A DNA stretch of 64,000 nucleotides from Octopus bimaculoides. Lineage: Eukaryota. Positions 52,385 to 64,000 of this stretch are shown piece by piece (within the stretch, counting starts at the first letter, position 1; the number at the start of each line of letters is the position of its first letter). Below the pieces are notes generated by a model, which was not told the origin of the DNA, did no database searches, and saw only the letters and a list, made by a program, of their open reading frames with translations. The stretch spans positions 89,223,530-89,287,529 of the forward strand of contig NC_068983.1 in the NCBI RefSeq assembly GCF_001194135.2, given 5' to 3'. The translations under genes were made by a program, and so were the position numbers.

Positions 52385-55300
52385 GAACCCCATGATTGAC
52401 TCATGAAATCATGATGCAACACAACAATGAAAGAATTAACGGTGAGAATGGAGCTATAGCCGATCATGGTGAAGGTTTCCCACCTGGCACATCTGAAACT
52501 GCCAGCAGCAGGGGCAGTGATCTGGCTTCGGACGGTCGTTATGTCACAACAGATCACATACACGGTGTACACTAGAACAGACATAAGTGGACAAAGGAAG
52601 AGTACAATACACTTATTGAATGTCATAAAAGAGCAAAGCTGGAAAGAAGTCATGGAGTAGGCTAACATACCTTGAAATTTTGGATGGAAAAGGACATGTG
52701 TCTAATATCAAAAAATAAACTAATGAACCAAGTGAGAGTGATTAGGAGGAAGGATTACTTAACTGAAGCAGAAATATCTCAGATAAGTTAGAGTCTGAGA
52801 GACCCTGCAGATAGGCTACAAAGGATGGTTGGAGTTGAAAACAGAGAGAAGAGTAAACAGGAAGAACAGGGAAATGGTTGGGGCTGTTAAGGATGAGGAA
52901 CAGGAACGTTATACAGTGAACCCTAATACTATGGTGGGTGAACATGCAGGGGAAATGAACCAACTATATGATGAATTGCTTGAAATTCAAAGATGACTCA
53001 TCGACTTGATGAATGCTCCAGAAGAAAAATCCCCATGAATATGAGAAGGGTAGATAGGAGTATGATAAATAAAGTAACACGAAAGATAAATACTGTCATA
53101 CCATACATCCAGACAGAGGACATAACACAAACAAGGAATCTTCTTCAAGCTACTGCACTACTTGTTGAGGAGAAATTACAACTTAAGAGAACAAAAAATG
53201 CAAGAGCAAAAGAACCATGGTGGAAACGATGCATTGAAAGGGATATAATTGAAAAAGATATAATGCAGGCAAGATCTAGGAAAAATTGAGCAACAGTTAA
53301 GAGGAAACTGGAAAAATGGGAAAAAGACCAACCAAGAAAAATTAGAGAAGAAATATAAAATACGGAATAATGGGTTTGATGCAGTAATAGAGCAGTTAAA
53401 ACAGAGGATCATGGCAAAAAGCCAGAAGATCAGAAGATTTGTGAACAGAAATAAGCAGTTTGAGGAGAACAGATTGTTAAAAAATAACCTGAAACAATTC
53501 TTCCGAACGTTAGAAGGAGACAATGTGGAAAATGTTGCTCCTGATGCAAATCAAGCCAAGGAGTTCTGGAGTGGATTATGGGGAAACAGTGTGATTCATA
53601 AAAGGGATGCAATGTGGATAGGAACTATCAAGACAGAAGTACAAGGAGGAAAGAAACAAAGGAATAATGTCATAAGCATGGCTGATGTGAAAGAACAAGT
53701 GGGTAAAGTGCCTAACTGGAAAGCCACCCCCCATCAGACGGGATTCATGGCTTTTAGCTGAAGAGATGCCATGCAGTGCATGAAAGACTAGCAGCCCAAT
53801 TGAATGAGTGTGTCCAGAAAGGTACAGTCCCCACATGGATGGTGATTGGGAGGACAACACTTATAATGAAAGATAGAAGAAAGGGGAATATTGTGGGAAA
53901 CTACCATCCCATAGCATGCCTAAACATAATCTGGAAGACACTCACTGGAATATGTACAGCAAAGACATACTTTCCTGGCACAGGAAGAAATACTACCAAG
54001 GGAACAAAAAGGATGTAGGAAGAGTTCTCAGGGTACCAAGGATCACCTGGTCATCAATAAAGCAGTTTTGAGGCATTGTAAAAAACATATAAACATGTCT
54101 ATGGCTAGGATTGACTTTAAGAAGGCATATGATATGATGCCTCATTCTTGGATTGTTGAATGCCTGCAGATGTTTGGTGTTGCTGACAATATCACAAATT
54201 TTCTGATGCATAGCATGAAANNNNNNNNNNGATGTTTGGTGTTGCTGACAATATCACAAATTTTCTGATGCATAGCATGAAAGAGTAGAAAACCAAATTG
54301 TACTCAAGTAATGTATTCCTTGGAGAAGTTAATATTAAAAGGAGCATCTTCTAAGGTGACTTGTTTTCTTTGTTACTATGTGTAATTGCACAAATACCCC
54401 TAACAATGACACTTAAGAAAGTTAAGATGGGTTGCCGATGTGGGAAGAAAAGCCCATCATTGAACTATCTTCTGTTTATGGATGACCTGAAATTGTTTGG
54501 GAAATCTGAAAAACAGATAGATTCCTTAACTAAAACAGTCCAGAAGTGTGGTAGGGACACCGGTATGGAATTTGGGTTTACCAAGTGTTCAGAAAAGAGG
54601 GAAGAAAGCAGCCTGCAGAGGATTGCAGTTACCATCAGGAGAGACAATGGGTGAACCCGACAGTTGTGGGAAAAGATATTTAGGGATTTTGGAGCTGGAT
54701 GGCATTCTACACAGAGAAATGAAAGTCAAGGTCAGTGAGGCGTATCAAAAAAGGGTGAAGATGGTGTTGAAATCTACCCTGAATGCCAAAAATTTGATTA
54801 CTGCAATGAATATCTGGGTAGTTATGGTGGTCAGATATAGTGTGTCCATCCTCAAATGGACTAAGGAGGAAATATCAACACTGGATAGAAGGACAAGAAA
54901 GTTGATGACGCTGCATGGGGCACTACACCCTAAAGCAAATGTAAACAGACTGTATATGAAAAGAAAGAATGGTGGCAGAGGACTAATTACTATAGACCAT
55001 TGTATAAGGAGTGAAAGGAGAACACTTGCCGAGTATTTGATAAATAGTGATGAAGACCTGCTGTCATATGCCACGAAAGATATGGGGATAATTGCAGATG
55101 AAATGATGGTCAAGGAAGAGTTTAACCAAAGAGCTGAGGAGAAGAGAAAAGAAGGCCTTCTTGAAATGAGAATGCATGGACAGTTTGAAAAGAATACACA
55201 GGACGTTAAGGATAATACAGCATCGTGGGCATGGCCTGAGCGAGGTGATTTGAAGCATACTACTGAAAGCCTGATCATTGCTGCACAAGACTAGGCTCTT

Positions 55301-56010
55301 GCTACCAATTCGGTGGAGTTTAGCATCTATAATACTTCTGACACTCAGAAATGCAGACTCTGTGGAAAGAGTGAGGAAAATGTGACCTACTTGGTAAGTG
55401 GATGAAAGAACCTTGCACTAAGAGAATACAAGTGCTGCCATGATAAAATGTGTATCTTCATTGGTTTTTATGCTGTAAATACCAATATGAAGTAACAGAG
55501 AACTGGTATGAGCATGTACTAAATAAAGTTATGCAGGAGGATGGAAAAGTAGCGATACTCTGGGGCTATAATTTTTAGACGGATCGTGTAATCGAACACT
55601 GTCACCCAGATATTGTCACATTGAATAAGAGAGACAAATACTGTCAGATCATTGATGTAGCCATACCAAGTTACATGAATGTTGTGAGTAAAGAGGTTAA
55701 AAAAAATCACCAAGTACTCCAAACTGAAAGTGGAAATGGCAAGACTGTATGGAATGCAAGAGAGTAATGTAAAAATGATACCAGTGGTGATCGGAGTGTT
55801 GGGCTCAATCCCAATGAAACTTCAAAACTTCTTAAGGCAACTGGAAATCTCATGCAAGATTGATGTCTTGCAAAAAGCAGCCTTACTGGGCACAGTGCAC
55901 ATCTTAAAGAAAGTATTATCTGTCTGAGGTCATTGTTGTGATTTGACAGATGACTATAGACTTCGGTGAATTTTTACCTACACTGTATTACAAAGGAATA
56001 ATAATAATAA
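52385..56010 (+). mobile_element. essentially full-length degenerate R4/Dong-type retrotransposon (about 3.6 kb)
   Basis: HKWTKEEY N-terminus, [70 protein letters not shown]...IIDVAIP, KKVLSV stop, then (TAA)4 tail. Confidence 0.9.
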
Positions 56011-59000
56011 CTAGCGGGACCTATGAATATTTCATGGAATTAAGGTAAACCTATTGGGTTATTTCTGAAAACTTTATCCAAAAAACCTGAAAGTGTAGCC
56101 TGTATTGTGTCCGTATGGAAAGACAGTCGCTCATCTACTACTCTTTGAAGTTAAGGGGAGCTGTTATATGGTTTCTTGGCCTACTAGAAATAATATACAA
56201 ATCCCCATCAACCATGCTTGCCATCTTTCAAAAAAGGACACTTTAGATAATGTAATCACTGATATATAAAGACTTCATGCTTATGGCTGAAATGCCTTTG
56301 GTTGTTAACTTTACTGACTTGGGGCTAACATCAACAGCCTCCTTCTTCTACTTCCTATTGTACACATGGGTCCAAACACTATAATATCAAACCTGCTTTG
56401 AGTTGATCAAAAATAAACTCTATAAGATGTTATTCTTCATAGGCTGTCAGTAGGGAGCTTAAATTCTTTTTTTACACAAAAAACTATGCAGTAAGGAGTG
56501 TGTACAAATTGCTAAAGCCACACTCAGTATTTTTGCCGTACCAGTAACAAAATAAACAACTGCTACACTAATGAAAAAATCAAACAGTAAGAAAAATAAG
56601 AATACAGAAGAGAAGTATAGAAGCAGCAACAACATCAGTAAGAAAGCTTGGAATTTGTATACTGTGACTTCTTATCAACCACTACAGTAAAAAGACAAAA
56701 GAAAAAAAACCATCTGCAACAACAAGAGCCCATCAACTTAGTATATCTTGTTTAGGGTACTGAGTATCTCATCATAAGAAACAGTACAAAGATGACCAAA
56801 GCTTAAATACCAACAATCCTTCCTTTGGACTAGAATACTATGGAGAGAGATGCAGTTCACTGTTGTAGGCAGGAGAATCATTATATAATTGACAAAGTCA
56901 ATGCTGATAGTTCTCAAAGCCTCCTGCAGAGGAAGCCTATGTGGCAAAATCCTGATATTATAACAAAAGTCAGAATTGTCAAACTTCAGAAGCCCTGAGT
57001 CAACTTACTGCTGGGGGATCTATTATTCCGCGAATCTATCTCAACCAGTTTGATAGTGATTCAGCATGAGATACATGGTCAGAGTGGTAATTGGCCTAGC
57101 TAGTACAGACAACTAAAGCACAGCTTCATGCATTCAAACTGATAAACAACAATGATCAGAGAAGTAACTACTATTAAATGAAAACAAGACAGCAACAAAG
57201 AAAACTACAAGGGGAAAAAAAGAGTAGATATGGGCAATGATGACACAAAACACTATCAAAGAAAAAAAGAAAGAAAAAATTTGACATCTAAATTGCAGAA
57301 ATCTGTAATCGAGATATACTACTTGCGACAACCATATTGATTTGTTTATTCATGTATGAAATAAATATGCAAATCATTTCTAGAATCTTCACAGATATTC
57401 TAATTACAGAGAATACACACATACACACACACACTACACACACACACATACTACACACACACATACTACACACACACACACATGTATGTATGTATCCATC
57501 CCTTAACAAATAAACAAATAAAAAATTTTAAATGCATATATAAATAAAAACAAAATATCCTAATTACAGAGATGAGAAAATAATAAAATCTAATAAATAA
57601 ATAAAAAAATACATGAATAAATTTTTAGTAAATATCCTAATTACAGAGTCAAAATTATATATAATATAAAAACATAAAATAAAATCAATGAATTCATCAC
57701 CATTATTTTTATTTTTCCCCCTTAGTATTTCTTTCAATATGTAGGCTGGTTATTTATGACTTTTCACTGATATGGGAATGATAATATTGGTCAAGCAGAG
57801 AGTATTAAACTTCGCTCACAAGCCAGACAGCCCTTTGATGGACTTGAATTCAATACTGCTTGCTCATGAAACATTAATTAGACCATGGTCCAATTTTTTA
57901 TTGTGATATCTACCTTTCATATACAGTTGAGAGTTCAAATATCCTGCAGATGTTTCACTGTTTCTGTATAGAACACATTATTTTACATAGCTTCAGTTCA
58001 CCTAGCTACCAGTGGCTAATAGGTTCCCAGTCATCTGTTATAAGGTTCGTATCCTATTCAGGGAGGCATTTATTTCTCATCTACTTGATGACAAGAGGCT
58101 GGAGCTAAGTTTTGATATTTGAAGGATCCTCAGAGGTGTGAAGACATTTACATTTTATTACATAGCATTACACATTACCGATTTACGTTATCTGTTAACA
58201 GCTAGAGGGACTGAGCCAGAGAAAGTTGTCTTGGCTGCAAACACAAAACAATAGCAAATACAAAATATGAGCAAGTAACCTTTTCATCAGTAGTATCATA
58301 TTCTATCTACTAAACTAAGTGAGTCTCTCTACTGTAAGGTGGGCAGTTGGCAGAAACAGTACAGTGCTTAACAAAATACATTAGTTTTTAATCTCATATC
58401 TCTATATTCTGTATTCTCGTCTTTTCCTAATCTCACTTTAGATTCTCTTCATCTGAAGTTGATAAAAAAAAAAAAAAATGTACCAGCATTACTAAGATTA
58501 TTTCAGTCAGCTACATCCCCTTCAGATAAATATTTACCTCATGTTTAACAAAGGTTTTTAGTATATGGCTCAAAACAAAAATTGCTTAAGTATTTTTCTA
58601 AATGCCGTACAGTATTTATTTTCCTCCCAGAAAGATCTGAGTTTACATTTGCCTTTCCATTACCCTTCATCTTATCAATAGGTATTGAAATATTTATTGA
58701 CATTTCTCTTAAAGACAAAAATGGCAATCAAGATAATAGTGTACATGGAAAACATCACTGGTGCTGAAGTTTATTTGTAACTAAGATATTTACTTGATTG
58801 CTGTTGCTTGGCCTCATGTCAGTTCTGAACAAGGAGACTTAAGATCAAAGGCATTCTAATCAAGACAGTTTTATCTACAATAGACAAAATATATTATTTC
58901 TTTCTTAAGGTGGTAGGAAATAATTTAAGGAAAATTTGGCTGATATTTCTAGCAGGTTGAGCCACCACATAGAGGTTACCTCATTATATTAATACAACAG

Positions 59001-59797
59001 GGTAGTATAATTTACTGCTGCTTTCAGCAGCATTTGCACATAAAACTGAAGAGTAATTCCTCAACTTGCAATACTGAATTCAATTTCCAACAGGAAAAGT
59101 TTCTTGTTTGTAGATTAACATCCAAATATATAAAACAGATTTTCCCCTTTAATCTTTGGACCAGAGTAGAGTGGGGTCCCTAAAGTAAGTACCAGTAATA
59201 TACTTCAGTTGACGAAGTCAACCTATGCCCAACTGGTCTAGAGAAACTGACAGTTAACAAGATAAAAAAAAAATCAATGCCAACAATATCCCTAAAAAAA
59301 CTTTTGAAAGGTATGTTATAAAACATATATCTGTTTAATTAAAAGAAACTTCATTTAAAAATAATTGCTATCTAATAAATTCAGATGGCACACAAGTCAA
59401 TTTATGTTACAAATAATGATTTCAGGGAATTATTTGCCAATTGAAGGACAAAAAAAAAATATTGGTTACAGATTATTATAGTGTAAGAGAAATTTATAAG
59501 TAATACAGATCAAGAGCTGTTGTTAATATTGTTATTGTTTATCTTTCTTCACAGTTACTAGTGTTATCGAGATTATAACAGCCAACATCAGCACTATGAC
59601 CACCACCACCACCACTGTAATTTATTATAATTATCAATTACCACCACTACTGTCCTCATCATCACTAACCTCCAACACAACCAATCATTCTCCACTTCCT
59701 TCATATCTAACAACACTATTGCCACTCCCTCAACTCTCCTTCCATCAATAATCATCAAGACCACCATAATTCTTCAGTTCTACATTTGAGAGATGAG

Positions 59798-59950
59798 GAA
59801 TTATGTACATTATTTACATTTGACGGATATTTGTCTTCATCTTGTTTGTTGTTAACACATTTTGGCTTATATATACTCTCCAGCCTTCTTCAGGTGTCTT
59901 GGGGAAATTTTGAACCTGGGTTCTCATTCCTAAGGTATTTTTCGATGTTA
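59798..59950 (-). repeat. about 150-bp module, left copy, with decayed hammerhead-like core at 59854-59898
   Basis: Reverse complement of 60830-60982. Minus strand reads GACAC-CTGAAGA-AGGCTG-GAGAGTATATAT-AAGCC-AAAA-TGTGTT. Confidence 0.85.
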
Positions 59951-60640
59951 TTATTATTATTATTATTATTGTTCAGTAGTTTTATTTTTATAACGTGCTT
60001 TCACTTCACTACCGAGCGCAGCTCTGTGCGCCTTGGGTATGTGCTGTGGTTTGCTGTGGTGCTCTTATGGTTACTGTATTGAAAGTGTTTTGCGTAGGAT
60101 GTGTGCAGTGCCCAGTNNNNNNNNNNNNNNNNNNNNNNNNNNNNNNNNNNNNNNNNNNNNNNNNNNNNNNNNNNNNNNNNNNNNNNNNNNNNNNNNNNNN
60201 NNNNNNNNNNNNNNNNNNNNNNNNNNNNNNNNNNNNNNNNNNNNNNNNNNNNNNNNNNNNNNNNNNNNNNNNNNNNNNNNNNNNNNNNNNNNNNNNNNNN
60301 NNNNNNNNNNNNNNNNNNNNNNNNNNNNNNNNNNNNNNNNNNNNNNNNNNNNNNNNNNNNNNNNNNNNNNTCATCTGCTGGTATTGATACATCAATTAGA
60401 AAGCATTTTTTTTCTTCATGATCTTTGACAACTATATCTGGTCTATTTGCCTTAATTTCTCTATCTGTGTGTATTGGCATATCCCAGAGTATGGTTGCTT
60501 TCTCGTTTGCTGTGACCTTTTCTGGCGTGTGTTTATACCATCTTTTTTCTGTTGTTATTCCATAGTGTTGGCATAGCTTCCGGTGTATATAGGTCCCAGC
60601 TCTGTCGTGTCTGTAAATATATTCCTTCTTAGCCAGGACT
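59948..60640 (-). mobile_element. 5'-truncated young R4/Dong-type copy
   Basis: YIYRHDRAGTYIHRKLC...ILWDMPIHTDREIKANRPDIVV; near-identical to 1873-2423; (TAA)n both ends. N gap at 60117-60370. Confidence 0.87.
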
Positions 60641-60679
60641 ATTATTATTATTATTATCAGGTCACTGCCTGGACTTGAA

Positions 60680-60681
<2 letters not shown>

Positions 60682-60729
<48 letters not shown>

Positions 60730-60749
60730 TGATAATAATAATAATAATG

Positions 60750-60781
<32 letters not shown>

Positions 60782-60830
60782 AATAATAATGATAATAATA
60801 ATAATAATAATAATGATAATAACAACAACA
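60682..60830. repeat. (AAT)n/(GAT)/(AAC) microsatellite
   Basis: Read directly. Confidence 0.95.
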
Positions 60831-60880
60831 ACATCGAAAAATACCTTAGGAATGAGAACCCAGGTACAAAATTTCCCCAG

Positions 60881-60926
60881 GACACCTGAAGAAAGCTGGA
60901 GAGTATATCAGCCGAAACATTGTGTT
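60881..60926 (+). ncRNA. degenerate minimal type I hammerhead ribozyme-like motif (in module 60830-60982)
   Basis: GACAC-CTGAAGA-AAGCTG-loop-CAGCC-GAAA-CAT-T-GTGTT: CUGANGA and GAAA boxes, helix II between them, helix I GACAC/GUGUU outside. Confidence 0.55.
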
Positions 60927-62419
60927 AACAACAAACAAGATGAGGACAAATATCCATCAAATGTAAATAATGACCATAATTCTTATTTGCTTGAAATCTG
61001 TTCTCAGTAAGCTAAACTCATAACTACTTTTCAGTTCTCAACTGTATGCAATTCACTTCACTCTGTAAATCTTTTATGAAGTCAATTTAGTTGAAGCATA
61101 GATCACATTCAAAATAATGATTTGCTCTCACTGGAGAGAAGGGGAATAAAATATGACTAGGGGTCTATAGAGAGCTATAGAAGGCTTGGCTATTAACATA
61201 TTAATGGGAGAATCAAGCAAAATCTCAGCAGTTTATATACTATTACTGATGCTGATCCAGTTCACTTTACTAATAGTAGAAACAAACATTTAATTTACTG
61301 CTGTAAATAAAATTAACAACTATTTCATATGGTTGCAGTGCATTCAGTTCCCCCATGTATATGTGTGGGCAGAAGAAAACTGTACTGAACTCAGCTATAT
61401 GCCAAAGTGTACCATGATACCAGTTATCAGAACAGAAGAGGGTTTTGGTTTTAAGGACTTAATAAAACACCAGAATATTTGCATATTTTTCACTGACTCC
61501 CTAGTGATGGAAAGGAAAGTTGATCTTAAAGAATTTGAACTAAATATATGTAACTGGAAAGTAGCTTTCATCTGCTTCAGCCAGCTCTAGAAGACAAATT
61601 ATAGCAGAGATGATGCTCTTTCTTCCTCATAAGCTATTGTGTTCTAAAAATGTTAGATTATTACTTAAGATTCTTCTTTCATTCATGTTCCTAATGATTA
61701 AAGAAAGATAAACTCAACTTTCTGTCATAATGTAGATAATAAATGTTCAATATTTGTTTATTCCTTTTTCCACAAAAGCTCAGTATGATAAATGTCCACA
61801 GAGTTAAGTACATGAGCAACAATTCTGCTCTAGGATAGAATGTTGGCTCACAAATAGTAGTTAAGATTCTCAAAATATCTGAAACTTATTTCCAACAACT
61901 AAGTTAAGTGAGGCATTTAGAATTTAACACCTTACTCAGATTTGAAATGAAATATCTGTTGCAGAACTGAACTGAAAATCTATGAAGTGAAAGGAAATAG
62001 AAAAGCTATAGTAAGGATATGCTAGTGTAAGTATCATATATGCCTTCTTGCTATAGCCTATGAACATAATTTTCTTATAGTTTTTAACTCAGGTATGTCA
62101 ATATATTCTCACTTGTGTCATATTTCCTCTAATGATTCCATCAAAAACATTATGTACTCAGCCATTTTTTTTCATTTGATGTAGTACACAATAACTCCTT
62201 ATTGTGAAAGATATCTACTCCATCAGAGAAACCATTGATAAATGTCAGCAATAGAGAAAATATATGTATATACACAAAATTGAAGCACTTGAAGAGTCAG
62301 ACACAGTTGTGACGTCCCAGTTGAAAATATCAACCACATAATGTATGTATGTGTATATACATACACAGATGCACACACACACACACATTATGTGAATGAT
62401 ATATATATAATTATGGGGA

Positions 62420-62465
<46 letters not shown>

Positions 62466-62761
62466 NNNNNNNNNNNNNNNNNNNNNNNNNNNNNNNNNNN
62501 NNNNNNNNNNNNNNNNNNNNNNNNNNNNNNNNNNNNNNNNNNNNNNNNNNNNNNNNNNNNNNNNNNNNNNNNNNNNNNNNNNNNNNNNNNNNNNNNNNNN
62601 NNNNNNNNNNNNNNNNNNNNNNNNNNNNNNNNNNNNNNNNNNNNNNNNNNNNNNNNNNNNNNNNNNNNNNNNNNNNNNNNNNNNNNNNNNNNNNNNNNNN
62701 NNNNNNNNNNNNNNNNNNNNNNNNNNNNNNNNNNNNNNNNNNNNNNNNNNNNNNNNNNNNN
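62466..62761. other. assembly gap between (TA)n and (CA)n
   Basis: N run. Confidence 1.
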
Positions 62762-62812
<51 letters not shown>

Positions 62813-62820
62813 CACACACA

Positions 62821-63203
62821 CTTATCTTTTACAAGTTTCAGTCATTAGACTGCGGCCATACTGGGGTACTGCCTTGAAGAGTTTTTGGTTAAATGAATTG
62901 ACCCAGTACTTTTTTAAGCTTGGTACTTATTCTCTCAGTCTCTTAGACTAAACTGCTCAGACACATTGACATAAACAAACCAATATTAATTGTCAAGCAG
63001 TGGTAGATTGGAAACAAAGACACACACATATATATACATATATATATGATGGGATTCTTACAGTTTCCATCTACCAAGTCCATTCACAAAGCTTTAGTTG
63101 GCCTGAGGCTATAGTATACACTTGCCTAAAGTTAAATGCAGTGGGACTGAACCCAGAAACATGTGGGTGGGAGGCAAGCTTCTTACCACACAGTTACGCC
63201 TGT

Positions 63204-63205
<2 letters not shown>
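62821..63205 (-). mobile_element. tRNA-head SINE (same family as 34496-35063)
   Basis: gtttcagtcattagactgcggccat...gcagtgggactgaacccagaaacatgtgg...cttaccacacag. Confidence 0.8.
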
Positions 63206-63259
<54 letters not shown>

Positions 63260-63340
63260 AATAAGAGCAGGAAAATTACATCAAAAAATCATCACAGAAG
63301 ATATACGTCCAAAATAATATTGTATTAATAGATAGATCTA

Positions 63341-63402
63341 TAAATATATAAAGTATGATCGTTTAAAAAGTTTAAAAGTTTAAATCATACTTTATATATT
63401 TA
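63341..63402. repeat. perfect 19-bp inverted repeat with 24-nt spacer
   Basis: taaatatataaagtatgat (63341-63359) and atcatactttatatattta (63384-63402). Confidence 0.9.
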
Positions 63403-64000
63403 CTAGCAGTACAACCCAACGTTGTCCGGGTGTGACTTATTACGCCATCTACGATAAGTCTTAAAAAAGAAAGCCTTACAATGAAAAAACCCTTATGATG
63501 TAAATATGTTCATAATTCAAAAGACGAAATTAATAGGGAAAGTCTGAAGGCTGTTTTGTGTAACATTATTAAGTGTACGTAAATTTCATCGGTCTAATTG
63601 GCTATACAAATGTTTGTGCAAAACAACTTTTTGCACTGCCTTGATTATACATAGCAGGGTGATTCCTTTTCGCAGGAGCTAGGACGGCAATTTGTGATGA
63701 AGCAATTGCTGGTGATCTGTTGCTACACAGTTCTGCCAGAATTCTATCAGATTGGGCAGTAGATGATGATGTACCGTTTTGCATTATTATGTTCAAAGTA
63801 ACTTCTGGAATGTGGTGAATTGCTGCAGTCTGTTGCTGTCTTTTTAAACCGGTTGCTTTCTTTCCTCAGCAAGCTGTCTTGTTTGGAGGCATAATCTATG
63901 TACATATTAAACAGAACAACAAAAGTTATAACAAAAGTTTTCACACTTCGGTGATCTTTCAGATTAACACTCGCACAATTACATAACCGTAACCGTAAGA
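63401..64000. mobile_element. possible Helitron-like element terminus
   Basis: tactagcagtacaacccaacgttgtccggg resembles the ACTAGC plus GC-hairpin ends of non-autonomous Helitrons; followed by unusually CpG-containing sequence. No Rep/helicase motif confirmed. Confidence 0.3.

Noticed and set aside
54169-54282. 52-bp direct repeat around a 10-N gap
   Set aside because: Identical sequence on both sides of a scaffold gap is an unmerged contig overlap, not biology.
56738-56947. Coding-looking unique stretch (69-aa minus ORF)
   Set aside because: No recognisable motif on either strand and neighbouring frames are closed.
57009-57138. Minus-strand segment bounded by ttatcAG and GTAAGT
   Set aside because: Stops in all frames and no signal peptide; could be a UTR exon but unsupported without RNA data.

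Overview
AT-rich, microsatellite- and transposon-dense eukaryotic DNA from a gapped draft assembly. The repeat landscape suggests a coleoid cephalopod, probably Octopus (inference from recalled repeat families, not a database hit). One host gene is supported: a minus-strand CSPG4/NG2/kon-tiki homolog. Its whole mature protein (2 laminin-G domains, EGF-like motif, CSPG repeats, TM helix, tail ending QYWV) is encoded by two giant exons (19693-15101 and 8453-5731); the signal-peptide exon was not found. The rest is decayed mobile DNA: two RTE LINEs, a Tx1/L1-like LINE, about seven R4/Dong-type RLE retrotransposon copies, a hAT element with TIRs and an 8-bp TSD, two mariners, a piggyBac-type MITE, a probable solo LTR and many SINEs. 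The most unusual signals are three: an inverted pair of ~150-bp modules carrying a degenerate minimal hammerhead-ribozyme core around a young Dong-like copy (59.8-61.0 kb), a 244-bp foldback whose apex is a tRNA-Thr 3' half (24.3-24.5 kb), and a neighbouring ~610-bp foldback. No CRISPR, rRNA or intact tRNA gene is supported.
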